Shown here: positions 10,464 through 21,152 of the stretch, in pieces
Position numbering within the stretch: position 1 is the stretch's first letter
Layout of the letters: the number at the start of each line of letters is the position of its first letter
Source: Parcubacteria group bacterium
GTDB taxonomy: Bacteria > Patescibacteriota > Minisyncoccia > UBA6257 > JACRHW01
Reading direction: 5' to 3'
NCBI GenBank assembly: GCA_016217555.1
Contig: JACRHW010000023.1
Location: 64,466-128,465 of the forward strand
DNA: 64,000 nucleotides
Translations under genes and position numbers: made by a program
Notes under the pieces: generated by a model
Told to the model about the DNA's origin: nothing
What the model saw: only the letters and a program-made list of their open reading frames with translations
The model's database searches: none

Positions 10464-11288
10464 TCACGATTTCAATTGATATTCATCTTTGTTTTGTATA
10501 AGGAAACCTTCTTTTACTAAATCTGCTAAAATCTTTTGTATACGAGCAGAATCCTCCTTAATCTTGTGTGCAATTTCTTCCTTTGATTTCTTTCCCTCTT
10601 TAATAAGAAACTTTAAAATTATTCCACGAATTTTTCTATCTGATCCTTCGAATTTGGATTGTTTTTTATACGCCTTACTTTTTCTATTTGGATTTTCTGC
10701 ACGCATTATTTCACCAAGGTGCGTACCATAATCCATAAGCGCCCAATACCATTCGCGCGAACGTTTCTTATCGAGTGCAGTTTCTACGTATCTTAAAATA
10801 TCTTCATCTTTTACACTTTTTCTTTTTCCAAAAAAATGATGAATAAAAACACGCCGTATATTTGTTTCTATAAAAACAGTTGGTGTGTTGAACGCGAAAG
10901 TCACAATAGATCCAGCCGTCGCCTTTCCAATACCAGGAAAATTTACAAGAACTTCTGGTGCCTGAGGTAATACACCCTCGTATTCATGGACAACTCTTTG
11001 AGCAATTTTTTTAAGCGCAATAGCCCGCCTATTATATCCCATCCCCTGCCATGTTTTTAAGACATCAGAAAGGGGTGCTTTCGCCAAACTTTGAAAATCA
11101 GGAAACGCTTTTATAAATAATGGATACTTTTCCAAAACACGTTTTACCTGTGTCTGCTGAAGCATAATTTCAGAAACAAGAATGTGGTATGAATCTGTCG
11201 TCTCCCGCCACGGCATTGCGCGTTTATTTTTTCTATAGTAATCCCAAACTATTTTTTGAAATTCTTTAATTTTTTGTAAATCTTGCAT
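10464..11288 (-). CDS. mutY: A/G-specific adenine glycosylase lacking the 4Fe-4S cysteines
   Basis: VSEIMLQQTQV, WQGMGYNRRA, HhH FPGIGKATA. Confidence 0.9.
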   Translation of the reverse strand: MQDLQKIKEFQKIVWDYYRKNKRAMPWRETTDSYHILVSEIMLQQTQVKRVLEKYPLFIKAFPDFQSLAKAPLSDVLKTWQGMGYNRRAIALKKIAQRVVHEYEGVLPQAPEVLVNFPGIGKATAGSIVTFAFNTPTVFIETNIRRVFIHHFFGKRKSVKDEDILRYVETALDKKRSREWYWALMDYGTHLGEIMRAENPNRKSKAYKKQSKFEGSDRKIRGIILKFLIKEGKKSKEEIAHKIKEDSARIQKILADLVKEGFLIQNKDEYQLKS

Positions 11289-11335
11289 TGTCACTATTCT
11301 TATAAAAAAGAGGCCTTATTACAAGGTCTCAAAAT

Positions 11336-11590
11336 TTATAGAACAGCAATGTCTTTTATTTTTTGTGCAGGAATCTGAGTTGCAAAATAAGGACTCCACT
11401 GAATCATCCAATATTCCCGCTGATCGAAAAAGGTACAGTTGGTGGTTACAGAGAGAGCTCCTTTGTCAAAATCGACAAACTGAACCATGTCTCTCGGAAA
11501 CACCACAGAACCATCCCCAAAAGCAACTCCCTCATCATGAAGCACAAGCTCCTCATGAAAAGAAATAGTGACACATTCACCCTCCACCAT
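11336..11590 (-). CDS. hypothetical protein
   Basis: GAGGAGGTG SD; second gene of a two-gene orphan unit. Confidence 0.55.
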   Translation of the reverse strand: MVEGECVTISFHEELVLHDEGVAFGDGSVVFPRDMVQFVDFDKGALSVTTNCTFFDQREYWMIQWSPYFATQIPAQKIKDIAVL

Positions 11591-11611
11591 AAACACCTCC
11601 TCACAAAAATA

Positions 11612-11938
11612 TTACTTTTTAGGAGAGACCTCATAGCATCGCTTTACAAACGCCTCAGTAAGACAAAAATTTCCATACCGATCACACACGATGAGATGTT
11701 GCTCGATAAACCAATCAAGAAAACAAATATTTGCACCAAGCTGCTTGCAAACATTTTCTATAGTGGCCCGATTCATGCTCGTCCAGTAACCCTGAAGCTG
11801 ACAATTAATGATAAGAGTACTAGCAAAAACTTCTCTGCCAAGCTTATTAAATGCTCCCATGAGAGGCTTTGATGTATCGATGTTGCCCGGTGCAATATGA
11901 TATCCTTCAGGAACAATAGGGCTCGCTTCACTACCCAT
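11612..11938 (-). CDS. hypothetical protein (possible wHTH C-terminus)
   Basis: AAGGAGG SD, 108-aa ORF. Confidence 0.6.
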   Translation of the reverse strand: MGSEASPIVPEGYHIAPGNIDTSKPLMGAFNKLGREVFASTLIINCQLQGYWTSMNRATIENVCKQLGANICFLDWFIEQHLIVCDRYGNFCLTEAFVKRCYEVSPKK

Positions 11939-12057
11939 GATATTCCTCCTTAATATATAAATGACCTATCTTCGTTCTACTGCAAAATAATAAACTTGTC
12001 CATACCTCCCGAAAAATAAAACCGCTCATTCAGAACGGTTACTGTTTCTCTGGCGAT

Positions 12058-12255
12058 TTACCAAGAACGAAGGGTGACATCTTTGTTGCAGTTCGGGCAT
12101 ACAATCCATTCCCTACCATCAGGTCCACCACTCATATCCCTCCCATGGTAACTCTTTATTTCATTTGGAACATACTCGAGAGTCGCTCCACAACCCTTAC
12201 AAACACATCGTTTCTTTACCTCTTTTGCCGGTTTGATTTTAACAATCCTTACCAT
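12058..12255 (-). CDS. small zinc-ribbon protein (phage-like)
   Basis: CKGC...CPNC; AGGAGGTG SD. Confidence 0.7.
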   Translation of the reverse strand: MVRIVKIKPAKEVKKRCVCKGCGATLEYVPNEIKSYHGRDMSGGPDGREWIVCPNCNKDVTLRSW

Positions 12256-12350
12256 GTCGCACCTCCTGTTTTATGAACTAAACAAAGAATACCTTAAAAG
12301 TTCTATTGTGTCCATACCGATACTAAAATATCAACTGAACAGGAATTTAA

Positions 12351-12476
12351 ATAGAACTTCTCTATTTGGATGCAGTACAAGGAAAACGCGAGGAACGGAG
12401 TAAGCCGTACACAAGAAGTACTGCGTCGAGTACCACAGCGTTTGACGAAGTAATGCGCCGAATAGAGAAGTTCTAT
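12351..12476 (+). repeat. RPE-like palindromic element, copy 1
   Basis: IR TAGAACTTCTCTATTTGG/CCGAATAGAGAAGTTCTA; core shared with 37331, 47851 and 61005. Confidence 0.9.
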
Positions 12477-15049
12477 CACATGTGTTTTTTGAGGTATTGG
12501 CCTGTCACACTATATGCATTTTTTACTATGTCCTCTGGAGTGCCTGTGACGAGGATTTTTCCTCCACGCTCTCCGCCCTCGGGACCAAGATCAATCACCC
12601 AGTCAGCTGTCTTAATAACATCGAGATTATGTTCAATCACAACAATAGTATTTCCTCGACTTACAAGACGCTGTAGTACATCGAGTAATTTTTCGATATC
12701 AGAAAAGTGAAGTCCTGTAGTTGGCTCATCAAGTAAATACAACGTCCTTCGTGTATCCCGCTTCCCAAGCTCTGCCGCAAGTTTGATACGTTGCGCCTCG
12801 CCACCAGACAAGGTCGTCGCCGACTGCCCAAGTTCGAGATACCCCAAACCCACCTCGTATAAAATCTTAAACTTATCATATAGCCATGGAATATCTTCAA
12901 AGAAAGCGAGCGCCTCCTCGACTGTCATACGCAGCACCTCGTAGATATTTTTACCCCTGTACTCAACCTCAAGCGTCTCTCTGTCAAAACGCTTCCCCTT
13001 ACAAATATCACAGAGCACATAGACAGTAGGAAGGAAATGCATCTCGATAGCAATCGTCCCATGCCCCTCACAATGCTCACAGCGCCCCCCAGGGACGTTA
13101 AAACTAAAACGCCCTATTCTATATCCGCGCACACGCGCATCCTCCGTAGAAGTAAATAACTCACGCACATGTGTCCATGCCCCCACATACGTCGCAGGAT
13201 TAGACCGCGGCGTTCTTCCAATCGGTGACTGATCAATCGTAATAACCCGATTAACATATTCGAGTCCCAAAATCGCATCACACGCACCTCCTTTATAATC
13301 AGCTCCGTTGAATTTATTGGCTAAATACTTATAGAGCACGTCGTAAACAAGCGAGCTCTTCCCCGACCCAGATACACCCGTAATACAGGTGAGTTTTCGG
13401 AGAGGAATATCTACATCGATGTTTTTAAGGTTGTGTGCTTTTGCTCCTCGAATTTTGATCGACTCATCAATAATTCCACGTTTTGATTTTACCACCCGTC
13501 GGTTCTCAGGAATTGTAATACTCTTTGTACCACGCAGATAATCGAGTGTAAGCGAATTAATCTTTTTATTCTTCAAAATATCCGGTATCTCCCCCTGCGC
13601 CATCACACTGCCCCCATGCACCCCCGCCCCTTTTCCAAAATCAACGAGATAATCAGATGCTCGAATGGTATCCTCGTCGTGCTCAACTACCACAATAGTA
13701 TTTCCAAGATCGCGTAGATTTTGGAGTGTTTTAATAAGCTTTGCATTATCTCTCTGATGAAGACCAATGGTAGGCTCATCAAGCACATAAAGAGTTCCTG
13801 TAAGACGCGAACCGATTTGGGACGCAAGACGTATACGCTGCGCCTCGCCACCGGAGAGCGTCCCCGCCTTACGTTCAAGCGTTAAATATTCCAACCCAAC
13901 ATTTCGTAAAAAGGTTAGCCTGTTTTTAATCTCCTTCAAAGGTACCTCAGCAATGCCGAGCAACGCCTCATTTTCAAGAAGCGACGTTTCGATCTCATCA
14001 AAAAATCGATACGCCCCATCGACAGCAAGACTCGTGATATGTGCAATATTTACCCCACCAACGAGCACGTTGAGACTTTCTTTCTTAAGACGCTTTCCCT
14101 TACAAACATCACAAAGCTTATCCGACCAAAGCTCCTCAGTACCTAATCCATGACACTTCTCACACGCACCATAAGGACTATTGAATGAAAAAAGGCGTGG
14201 TTCAATTTCTGGGAAGGCAAATTCATCCTCTGGGCAAGAGAATTTTGTAGAAAGTGTAATTTCCTTTGCCCCGATAGCAACCGTCACTACATCATTCCCA
14301 TACTTCACACCCGACTCAATCGCCTCAGCCAACCGAAGACGATTTTCTTTATCCTTAAAATCAAACGTCACTGGAATACGATCTATCACCAATTCTATGG
14401 TGTGTGGCTTAAAACGACTCAACACGATCCGCTCACGCAAAGAATACATCTTCCCATCAATACGAACCTCGCTAAACCCTGCATTTAAAAAATCATACAG
14501 TACCTGGTAATATTCTCCCTTACGTCCACGTACGACGGTTGCAAAAATAGTAATAAGATTCTCGTCCCTTGATGCCCCGACAATAATAGCATTCTTATTT
14601 TTCGAAGTGGCACTTTTTTTAAATTCAATAATTGCATCTACAATCTCCTCTTTCGTCATTTTTCTGATTTCCTTTCCACAAAGAGGACAATAAGGTTTTC
14701 CGATACGAGCAAAGAGAACTCGCAGATAGTCATAAATTTCTGTAATAGTTGCTACCGTCGAACGTGGATTTCCTGAGTGACTTTTCTGATCAATCGAGAT
14801 AGCAGGTGAAAGCCCCTCAATCTCATCAACGTCGGGCTTATCCATCTTTCCCAAGAACTGACGTGCATAGGCAGAAAGTGACTCTATATACCTCCTCTGT
14901 CCCTCTGCAAAAATAGTGTCAAACGCCAATGACGATTTACCCGAACCCGATGGGCCAGTAAATACAATCATCTTCCCGCGCGGCAACTCAAGATTAATAT
15001 TCTTAAGATTATGCTCACGCGCACCTCTAATAATTAATTTATCTTTCAT
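12476..15049 (-). CDS. uvrA: excinuclease ABC subunit A
   Basis: Two ABC ATPase domains (GSGKSS, LSGGEAQR) and zinc fingers. Confidence 0.98.
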   Translation of the reverse strand: MKDKLIIRGAREHNLKNINLELPRGKMIVFTGPSGSGKSSLAFDTIFAEGQRRYIESLSAYARQFLGKMDKPDVDEIEGLSPAISIDQKSHSGNPRSTVATITEIYDYLRVLFARIGKPYCPLCGKEIRKMTKEEIVDAIIEFKKSATSKNKNAIIVGASRDENLITIFATVVRGRKGEYYQVLYDFLNAGFSEVRIDGKMYSLRERIVLSRFKPHTIELVIDRIPVTFDFKDKENRLRLAEAIESGVKYGNDVVTVAIGAKEITLSTKFSCPEDEFAFPEIEPRLFSFNSPYGACEKCHGLGTEELWSDKLCDVCKGKRLKKESLNVLVGGVNIAHITSLAVDGAYRFFDEIETSLLENEALLGIAEVPLKEIKNRLTFLRNVGLEYLTLERKAGTLSGGEAQRIRLASQIGSRLTGTLYVLDEPTIGLHQRDNAKLIKTLQNLRDLGNTIVVVEHDEDTIRASDYLVDFGKGAGVHGGSVMAQGEIPDILKNKKINSLTLDYLRGTKSITIPENRRVVKSKRGIIDESIKIRGAKAHNLKNIDVDIPLRKLTCITGVSGSGKSSLVYDVLYKYLANKFNGADYKGGACDAILGLEYVNRVITIDQSPIGRTPRSNPATYVGAWTHVRELFTSTEDARVRGYRIGRFSFNVPGGRCEHCEGHGTIAIEMHFLPTVYVLCDICKGKRFDRETLEVEYRGKNIYEVLRMTVEEALAFFEDIPWLYDKFKILYEVGLGYLELGQSATTLSGGEAQRIKLAAELGKRDTRRTLYLLDEPTTGLHFSDIEKLLDVLQRLVSRGNTIVVIEHNLDVIKTADWVIDLGPEGGERGGKILVTGTPEDIVKNAYSVTGQYLKKHM

Positions 15050-15200
15050 GAAATAGAAACTGCCCCATGTTATACGCTATGGGGACACCCTCAGAGATTA
15101 GAACCATAAGCCCCAAAAGTCAACGCGATAGTTGCATAAAATCCATCTTCGTGGTAAATACTAACTAGCTCACTGAAAACAAAAGGGAGAGAAAAAATAG

Positions 15201-15458
15201 ATGCATATCATAGAAGAAGGGAAAAAAGGTGATCATAAGAAGGGCGGGGAGGTTAAATGCCCTACATGTAATTGTGTTTTTGAATATCAGAAGGAAGACA
15301 TTCAATACGATTTAAACACGTGGGGAGTAGCGGACTGTCTTTACATAATTTGTCCCAATGAAAGCTGCTATACCTACCTCTTACTTAAAGATTATCGGTT
15401 TTTTCTCTTTCGCATTCTCGATTACAGACATTTCAAAAAACCAAAATTTTTGCGATAA
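15201..15458 (+). CDS. small zinc-ribbon protein (phage-like)
   Basis: CPTC...CPNESC; purine-rich SD; resembles 12058-12255 in layout. Confidence 0.6.
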   Translation: MHIIEEGKKGDHKKGGEVKCPTCNCVFEYQKEDIQYDLNTWGVADCLYIICPNESCYTYLLLKDYRFFLFRILDYRHFKKPKFLR

Positions 15459-15598
15459 GAAGGCGCTTCAGCTTTTAAAGTCTGTGGGGATCGAAATCCA
15501 AGAAAAATAAAATCACAAAAGCCCTAAGGGCTTTTTAATTTGACGTAACTTATTATATATGCTAAAGATTATATTAGCACAAAAGGAGGTAGTTGAAA

Positions 15599-16024
15599 AT
15601 GCACGTACATTTCACTTGGAAGGAAAAGATGTTAATTCTCGACGCATTTATTTTCAATCCACTCGTTAATTCCCGTGCTGGGTGGAATCCATATGTAATT
15701 GCAGATTGTATAAATTCTTCAGGTAAGCAGAAGGATTGTTTAATGCAACTCTTGCCAGAAATTGTCGATATTGGGATACCGCGAGAACTCATTCTTGAAC
15801 GTCTTCAACTTCTCTGGATTGGTGGATATTTGATTATTACAAATGAAGCTCTATGGGGTAAGATGATAGGTCCCTCTCGATTAGTCACCTCCCTTTGGAG
15901 TACTAAAGACACCACCCTTCGCTTGGACCTTCTCAATCTCTCGCTCACGGAAAAAGGAAAGGAACATATTAAGGAATATGAGGAAATGATTGAGGAAAAA
16001 AAGAAAGAGATATTTGTCCTCTAA
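15599..16024 (+). CDS. hypothetical protein (wHTH-like, LTEKGK)
   Basis: TTGACG promoter at about 15540, AAGGAGGT SD. Confidence 0.6.
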   Translation: MHVHFTWKEKMLILDAFIFNPLVNSRAGWNPYVIADCINSSGKQKDCLMQLLPEIVDIGIPRELILERLQLLWIGGYLIITNEALWGKMIGPSRLVTSLWSTKDTTLRLDLLNLSLTEKGKEHIKEYEEMIEEKKKEIFVL

Positions 16025-16043
16025 ACAATATAGACCCGCCACA

Positions 16044-18020
16044 CTAGGCGGGTTTTTTCTTTTTATTCTGCTTAATAAGCTCCTTGAGTTCGTCACGTAA
16101 AAGAGCAGCGAGTTCAAATTCGAGTCGCCCCGCAGCCTCACGCATTTCTTTTTCCTTTTCCTTAATAAATTTCTCGAGTTCCTGCTTTGTACTTGGTACG
16201 GGCTTCATCTCAAGTTTCAAAATCTTTTCGGTTGGCATGATATCAGAAATTTCCCTAATAATAGTGCGCGGTGTAATGCCGTGTTTTTTGTTATACGTAA
16301 GTTGTATTTTTCTTCTCCTCTCTGTCTCCTTCACCGCCCTTGTGATAGATCCTGTTATTACATCTGCGTACATGACTACTTCACCTCGCACATTACGAGC
16401 CGCGCGGCCAATGGTCTGCACAAGTGCCGTCTCACTCCTCAAAAACCCCTCCTTATCTGCATCAAGAATGGCAACAAGGGAAACCTCCGGTAAATCTAAC
16501 CCCTCACGCAAAAGGTTCACCCCGACAAGTACATCAAACTCTCCCCTTCGTAGACCAGTAAGAATTTTAATACGGTCCATCGTCTTCACATCGCTGTGCA
16601 GATAAGAAACTTTTATTCCTTCCCCATCGAGATACGTACTTAAGTCCTCCGCCATCTTTTTGGTAAGAGTCGTCACAAGCACGCGCTCTTTTGATTTTAC
16701 TCGTTCTTTAATACGAGGGATGAGATCAGCAACCTGCCCTTTTGCGGGTTGAATGATCACGTGCGGATCTACAAGTCCCGTAGGTCTAATAACCTGTTCA
16801 ACCACTTGAGCACTAGTATCATGCTCATATTGTGCAGGTGTTGCTGAGGTATAGATAACTTGTGGAATACGTTCCTCAAACTCTTTAAAAGTAAGGGGGC
16901 GATTATCCTTAGCGGAGGGCAAACGAAATCCATACTCCACGAGTGTGTTTTTACGTGAGGCATCCCCCGCATGCATACCACCAAGTTGTGGAATCGTTAC
17001 GTGAGATTCATCAATTACCATAAGAAAATCCTTTGGAAAATAATCGAGAAGAGTTTCGGGAGGGTCTCCTGCATTACGACCAGAGAGATGACGAGAATAA
17101 TTTTCAATACCATGGCAATAGCCAACTTCTTGGATCATGGCAATATCAGCCTTTGTACGACGCTCAATACGCTCTGCCTCAAGGTATTTTTTTTCCTTTT
17201 CAAAATAACGAAGCTGTTCTCTAAGTTCTTCCTTAATAGCTTTTACCGCACGTATCCTGTTTGGTGCATCGGTAATAAAGTGTTTTGCTGGGGCAAACAC
17301 CACCTCGCTAATGTGAGGAGTTTTTCCCGGCTCAAAACCTGTAACAGGGTTTACCTCATAGAGCTCCTCCACTACACCATTTTGTAATGTAAATGTATAA
17401 ATAACCTCACGATCGGGTGGCATAATCTCCCAGTTGTCCCCTCGTATACGAAAAGTGGCTCGCTTAAGATCTGCATTCGTCCTTGTAAACTGAAGCTCGA
17501 CAAGTTTTTTTACAAACGTAGATCTTAAAATAGTATCCCCCACCTTAATATGTAAAATGTTTTCCCTGTAAGCCTCTGGTGCCCCCAGTCCATAAATACA
17601 GGATACCGAAGCCACAACAATGACATCTTTGCGCGTAAGAAGCGATACGGTCGCTGCATGGCGAAGCTTGTCGATCTCCTCATTAATCATCGCCTCTTTA
17701 TCGATATAGGTATCGCTTGAAGGCATGTACGCCTCTGGCTGATAGTAGTCGTAGTAGGAGACAAAATAGTGCACCGCGTTATTGGGAAACAGCCCTCGAA
17801 ACTCATTACAAAGTTGAGCCGCAAGTGTCTTGTTGTGTGCGATGACAAGTGTTGGTTTTTGAACCTCCTGAATCACATTTGCAATAGTAAACGTTTTGCC
17901 AGAACCCGTAACACCCAAAAGCGTCTGATGCTTAAACCCCTTCTTGAGACCACTCGCAAGACCCCGAATTGCATTCGGCTGATCCCCCGCAGGCTTATTT
18001 TTAGAAACTAAATTAAACAT
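16044..18020 (-). CDS. uvrB: excinuclease ABC subunit B
   Basis: GVTGSGKT, YYDYYQPEAY, DESH; start MFNLVS. Confidence 0.98.
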   Translation of the reverse strand: MFNLVSKNKPAGDQPNAIRGLASGLKKGFKHQTLLGVTGSGKTFTIANVIQEVQKPTLVIAHNKTLAAQLCNEFRGLFPNNAVHYFVSYYDYYQPEAYMPSSDTYIDKEAMINEEIDKLRHAATVSLLTRKDVIVVASVSCIYGLGAPEAYRENILHIKVGDTILRSTFVKKLVELQFTRTNADLKRATFRIRGDNWEIMPPDREVIYTFTLQNGVVEELYEVNPVTGFEPGKTPHISEVVFAPAKHFITDAPNRIRAVKAIKEELREQLRYFEKEKKYLEAERIERRTKADIAMIQEVGYCHGIENYSRHLSGRNAGDPPETLLDYFPKDFLMVIDESHVTIPQLGGMHAGDASRKNTLVEYGFRLPSAKDNRPLTFKEFEERIPQVIYTSATPAQYEHDTSAQVVEQVIRPTGLVDPHVIIQPAKGQVADLIPRIKERVKSKERVLVTTLTKKMAEDLSTYLDGEGIKVSYLHSDVKTMDRIKILTGLRRGEFDVLVGVNLLREGLDLPEVSLVAILDADKEGFLRSETALVQTIGRAARNVRGEVVMYADVITGSITRAVKETERRRKIQLTYNKKHGITPRTIIREISDIMPTEKILKLEMKPVPSTKQELEKFIKEKEKEMREAAGRLEFELAALLRDELKELIKQNKKKKPA

Positions 18021-18052
18021 ATGTATACGAAACAGCTCAAAAATATAATATT

Positions 18053-18111
18053 CCCTGAGCGAAGTCGAAGGGTTTCCTTTCAAATAAGGTAGGCCTTCGA
18101 TAAGCTCAGGC
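18053..18111. repeat. REP-like doublet CCTGAGCNNGTCGAAGG ... CCTTCGANNNNCTCAGG
   Basis: Near-identical doublet at 34172-34224; single units at about 10285, 27825, 32659, 34038 and 59042. Confidence 0.85.
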
Positions 18112-18206
18112 ACTATTAATTAATAAGAGCATTAAACAACGCTTTGTTACATAAACCATACTAAATACCAGCACATAATAAAAGAAGGGCACAATGGCCC
18201 CGTTTT

Positions 18207-18524
18207 TTACTCGATAAATATAGGTAAGTACTGCAGAAATTCATCACGACCCCTATTTACTTGATACATATAAAGCACCGACGACGCGCACCCGAGAAAA
18301 GTACTACTTCGTTTTTCAACCATTCCCTCCTCTTCAAAACCACAATCTCGACACATTCGCACACATGGAGCTGTAGCCACAGGAAATCCATTATATTGGG
18401 CAAAGTTTCCATGTAAGCAATTACGTCGCAACTTCTCAATCAATCGTCTACGTTCAGCTTCAAATTCTTGCTGTTTCTTATAAAGGAAGCGAATTCTTCC
18501 CTTGCGATGCTCAGCGTCTTCCAT
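18207..18524 (-). CDS. hypothetical protein (coiled coil plus CxH...CxxC)
   Basis: AAGGAGGT SD and TTGACT promoter. Confidence 0.6.
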   Translation of the reverse strand: MEDAEHRKGRIRFLYKKQQEFEAERRRLIEKLRRNCLHGNFAQYNGFPVATAPCVRMCRDCGFEEEGMVEKRSSTFLGCASSVLYMYQVNRGRDEFLQYLPIFIE

Positions 18525-18680
18525 GCTCTATTACCTCCTTTTGAATTAATTATTATATAGCATAACTAAATGTGAAAGTCAATAGTACACGATGAATATG
18601 ATACGGTATACTTTTCATTAGATCATTTACAAAAGAGAAGCCCGCCTGCGTTAAAACTACGGCGAGGCAAAGGAGATCTT

Positions 18681-19181
18681 ATGACAGAAAGACTGAAACA
18701 AATAGATTTTTCTAGTCTTAAGGAAGAACATGGACTTACCTCATTTTACTTTATTACCCCACTCTTTGATAATCAGGGTCTTCATATCACTGAACTTATT
18801 TTTGGACTTCGCATCCTACCAAATACTAAACTTTTTGCAGAACAGAAACTCAAAGATGCAATAAAGACACTTCTCCTCCCCGAATATATAAACGCTGAAA
18901 TAACTCTATTCCTAAATGCCGAATCAGAAGTTGACTCTATTATGGATTGGTCTATTCGCCCCTATGCCTATGGCCATGGCGGGAACATTATACTCGACTC
19001 CATACATGAAAAAGAAGGTGTTGTGATAGTAACACTCGTAGGTTCGTGCGGAAATTGCCCAGGGGCACTTGGGACACTCAGGAATGGCGTAGAAGTACTC
19101 CTCAAGCAATATCTTCCATGGGTGGTACGTATCGAAGCAACAAATCTTCCCAGAGAATCTGATCTTGACGCTTATTGGTAA
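18681..19181 (+). CDS. NifU C-terminal domain protein
   Basis: IRPYAYGHGGNI...LVGSCGNCP...TLRNGVE. Confidence 0.8.
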   Translation: MTERLKQIDFSSLKEEHGLTSFYFITPLFDNQGLHITELIFGLRILPNTKLFAEQKLKDAIKTLLLPEYINAEITLFLNAESEVDSIMDWSIRPYAYGHGGNIILDSIHEKEGVVIVTLVGSCGNCPGALGTLRNGVEVLLKQYLPWVVRIEATNLPRESDLDAYW

Positions 19182-19219
19182 ACAAAAAACCGCGTATCGC
19201 CGCGGTTTTTTTATTTATC

Positions 19220-19726
19220 CTATATTCCCTTGGTTGGGACTGTAGGATATGGTCTATAAAGTTCTTTGTCGAATGGCCGATCAAAACAAACTCTTCCACC
19301 TCCATGCCCCCATGCTTCCGATACATAGCCATCGTGAGAAGAGGGTTTTATCTCCATTGTTGTCACCCAGGGAGCCATAGACCACGAACTATTATTATTC
19401 TTTGAAACATCGCTTTGTAGTGCAAAACTAGCACATAGCGAAAATCTTTCCGAGGCAATGACTGCATACTCATAATCTTGACCTGTCATTGGATCCTTCG
19501 GAATTCGAAAATCACGAATGTCATCATTTAAGGAAACAAGGTTCTTTGGAAGCTCCGACTTGTTTCTCCAATAATTCATAACCTCACCCTGAAGCGATTG
19601 AAGGTCATTTACCCGCCTTTCATCAAATTTTCGCAAACGCTCCTGCATAGGTGAACCAATAAGCCAGAAACCCGTTACAATAACAATGAGAACCACGACG
19701 ATAACAATATGAGAAAGATATTTCAT
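19220..19726 (-). CDS. membrane-anchored protein, probable DUF5671 partner
   Basis: N-terminal TM, DERRVNDL, PKDPMTGQDYEY. Confidence 0.6.
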   Translation of the reverse strand: MKYLSHIVIVVVLIVIVTGFWLIGSPMQERLRKFDERRVNDLQSLQGEVMNYWRNKSELPKNLVSLNDDIRDFRIPKDPMTGQDYEYAVIASERFSLCASFALQSDVSKNNNSSWSMAPWVTTMEIKPSSHDGYVSEAWGHGGGRVCFDRPFDKELYRPYPTVPTKGI

Positions 19727-19735
19727 ATAAACAAG

Positions 19736-20239
19736 TTATTCAGTATTATGCTTTCTCACATCGTTAAGATAGTAGCTGAATATGGAACCCGCCACAAAGA
19801 AGATAGAAAGCACCTGAAGCCCAAATTGCAAAGTAAGATCCCCACCAAGAAAACTATAAATTGCTGAAACGAGATACCCTATCATTACAAGCGCAGCAAC
19901 AAAGAGCGTAAAATAGATAAGCCACTTACGCACTGAAAGATTTCTCTTCTCGGGTGCTATCTCATAGCTCTTTCTCAAAAAATTATTCACAAACAAAAAA
20001 ACAGGAAAGAACACGATAAGTGCAGAGAGTGACCCGCGAATATGCTCCCTCAAACTAGTATTTCTATAATAATCCCCTTGCTGAAGTGGGTCAGGCACAT
20101 AAAAATTAATCATCGAAAAGACGATCATCAAAAAACTAATTGCGCTCGCATAAAGCGCCACCATCTCCAAAAGATGCAAAAAGAAATCCTTCGGCGATGT
20201 TTTGACTTGTACCGAAACATTTACTGTTTGTGGTTCCAT
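19736..20239 (-). CDS. DUF5671-like membrane protein
   Basis: PKDFFLHL...RKWLIYFTLF pattern, 4 TM. Confidence 0.7.
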   Translation of the reverse strand: MEPQTVNVSVQVKTSPKDFFLHLLEMVALYASAISFLMIVFSMINFYVPDPLQQGDYYRNTSLREHIRGSLSALIVFFPVFLFVNNFLRKSYEIAPEKRNLSVRKWLIYFTLFVAALVMIGYLVSAIYSFLGGDLTLQFGLQVLSIFFVAGSIFSYYLNDVRKHNTE

Positions 20240-20335
20240 AATTATTTTTTTAACTTTTTGTTATGGTTACATCATACCACATAGAAACCAATAAAAAAGC
20301 CTGGTATCATATGCGTATAAATACCAGGCAAAACC

Positions 20336-20536
20336 CTACTTCAAAAAACCGATTAGAGAAATGGCCTCATAGCGAATCTCCTTGGATCGATCTTCCACGA
20401 ACGCAAGGGCGCTTGAAAGATTGGCTGAATCGAAAGTTTTTAGCAGGATTGGTTCGCCAACAGAAAGGCAAATTTCTCCAACTTCTATCTTTCCATCCTT
20501 TTGTTCGATGTAAAGTCCAATATCTTGACTCATCAC
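20336..20536 (-). CDS. hypothetical protein
   Basis: AAGGAGGT SD, TTGCAT-17-TATATT promoter, downstream hairpin. Confidence 0.55.
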   Translation of the reverse strand: MMSQDIGLYIEQKDGKIEVGEICLSVGEPILLKTFDSANLSSALAFVEDRSKEIRYEAISLIGFLK

Positions 20537-20621
20537 ACTACCTCCTTCTTTGTATTTTTTAATATACCACGAAACAACAAAAAATGCAAGTTTTTTAAAA
20601 AAGCTCCGTTGCTACGGAGTT

Positions 20622-21152
20622 TTAATTTACTTTTATGATCCCCTTATGATCGATGAAATAGGTTTCGACTGCTAACTCGGGAAACCGTTCTCTCACAATT
20701 TCTGCCGCCTTCTTGAGTTCGGCAGAATGAAATTCAAACTCATTTTCTTCGTCGCCATTAAAACGTGATAACCCACCATATGCTGCACAGTCGGTATGGG
20801 TAAAAAGAACCACGCGTCGTATGTGATGCACGGGCATGAGAAGCTTGATTTTATCAAGAGCAACCTCACGATCTCCTGCTTTGCTTGGAGAGGCAAAGAC
20901 CTTTGCACCACCCGGAGGGGAAGCGGCATCAATGTCCTCAAACCCAAGATACTTAATAAAATGCTTGAACACGCTCCAAAAACGATTATCGGTACAGCGC
21001 ACAACATAAGCATCCGCCTTGTAGTGTGCTAACGAACTATCTTCTTTGAAAACGTATTCCTTTTGCATAACAGGTTGTGTAACTATTCCCAAAGGGTTGT
21101 CTCGTCCATAATCGAGAAGTTCCTTCAAGGTCTCGTCAAAATCACTCTGCAA
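20622..21152 (-). CDS. beta-carbonic-anhydrase-like protein (start uncertain; ATG at 21068 possible)
   Basis: CxDxR (RCTDNRF) and HxxC (HTDCAAYG) zinc motifs. Confidence 0.7.
   Translation of the reverse strand: MQSDFDETLKELLDYGRDNPLGIVTQPVMQKEYVFKEDSSLAHYKADAYVVRCTDNRFWSVFKHFIKYLGFEDIDAASPPGGAKVFASPSKAGDREVALDKIKLLMPVHHIRRVVLFTHTDCAAYGGLSRFNGDEENEFEFHSAELKKAAEIVRERFPELAVETYFIDHKGIIKVN

Noticed and set aside
12366-12710. Paralogous ORFs MDAVQGKREERSK (12366) and LDALRGKREERSK (37330)
   Set aside because: These are translations of the RPE-like repeat running antisense into uvrA and typA.
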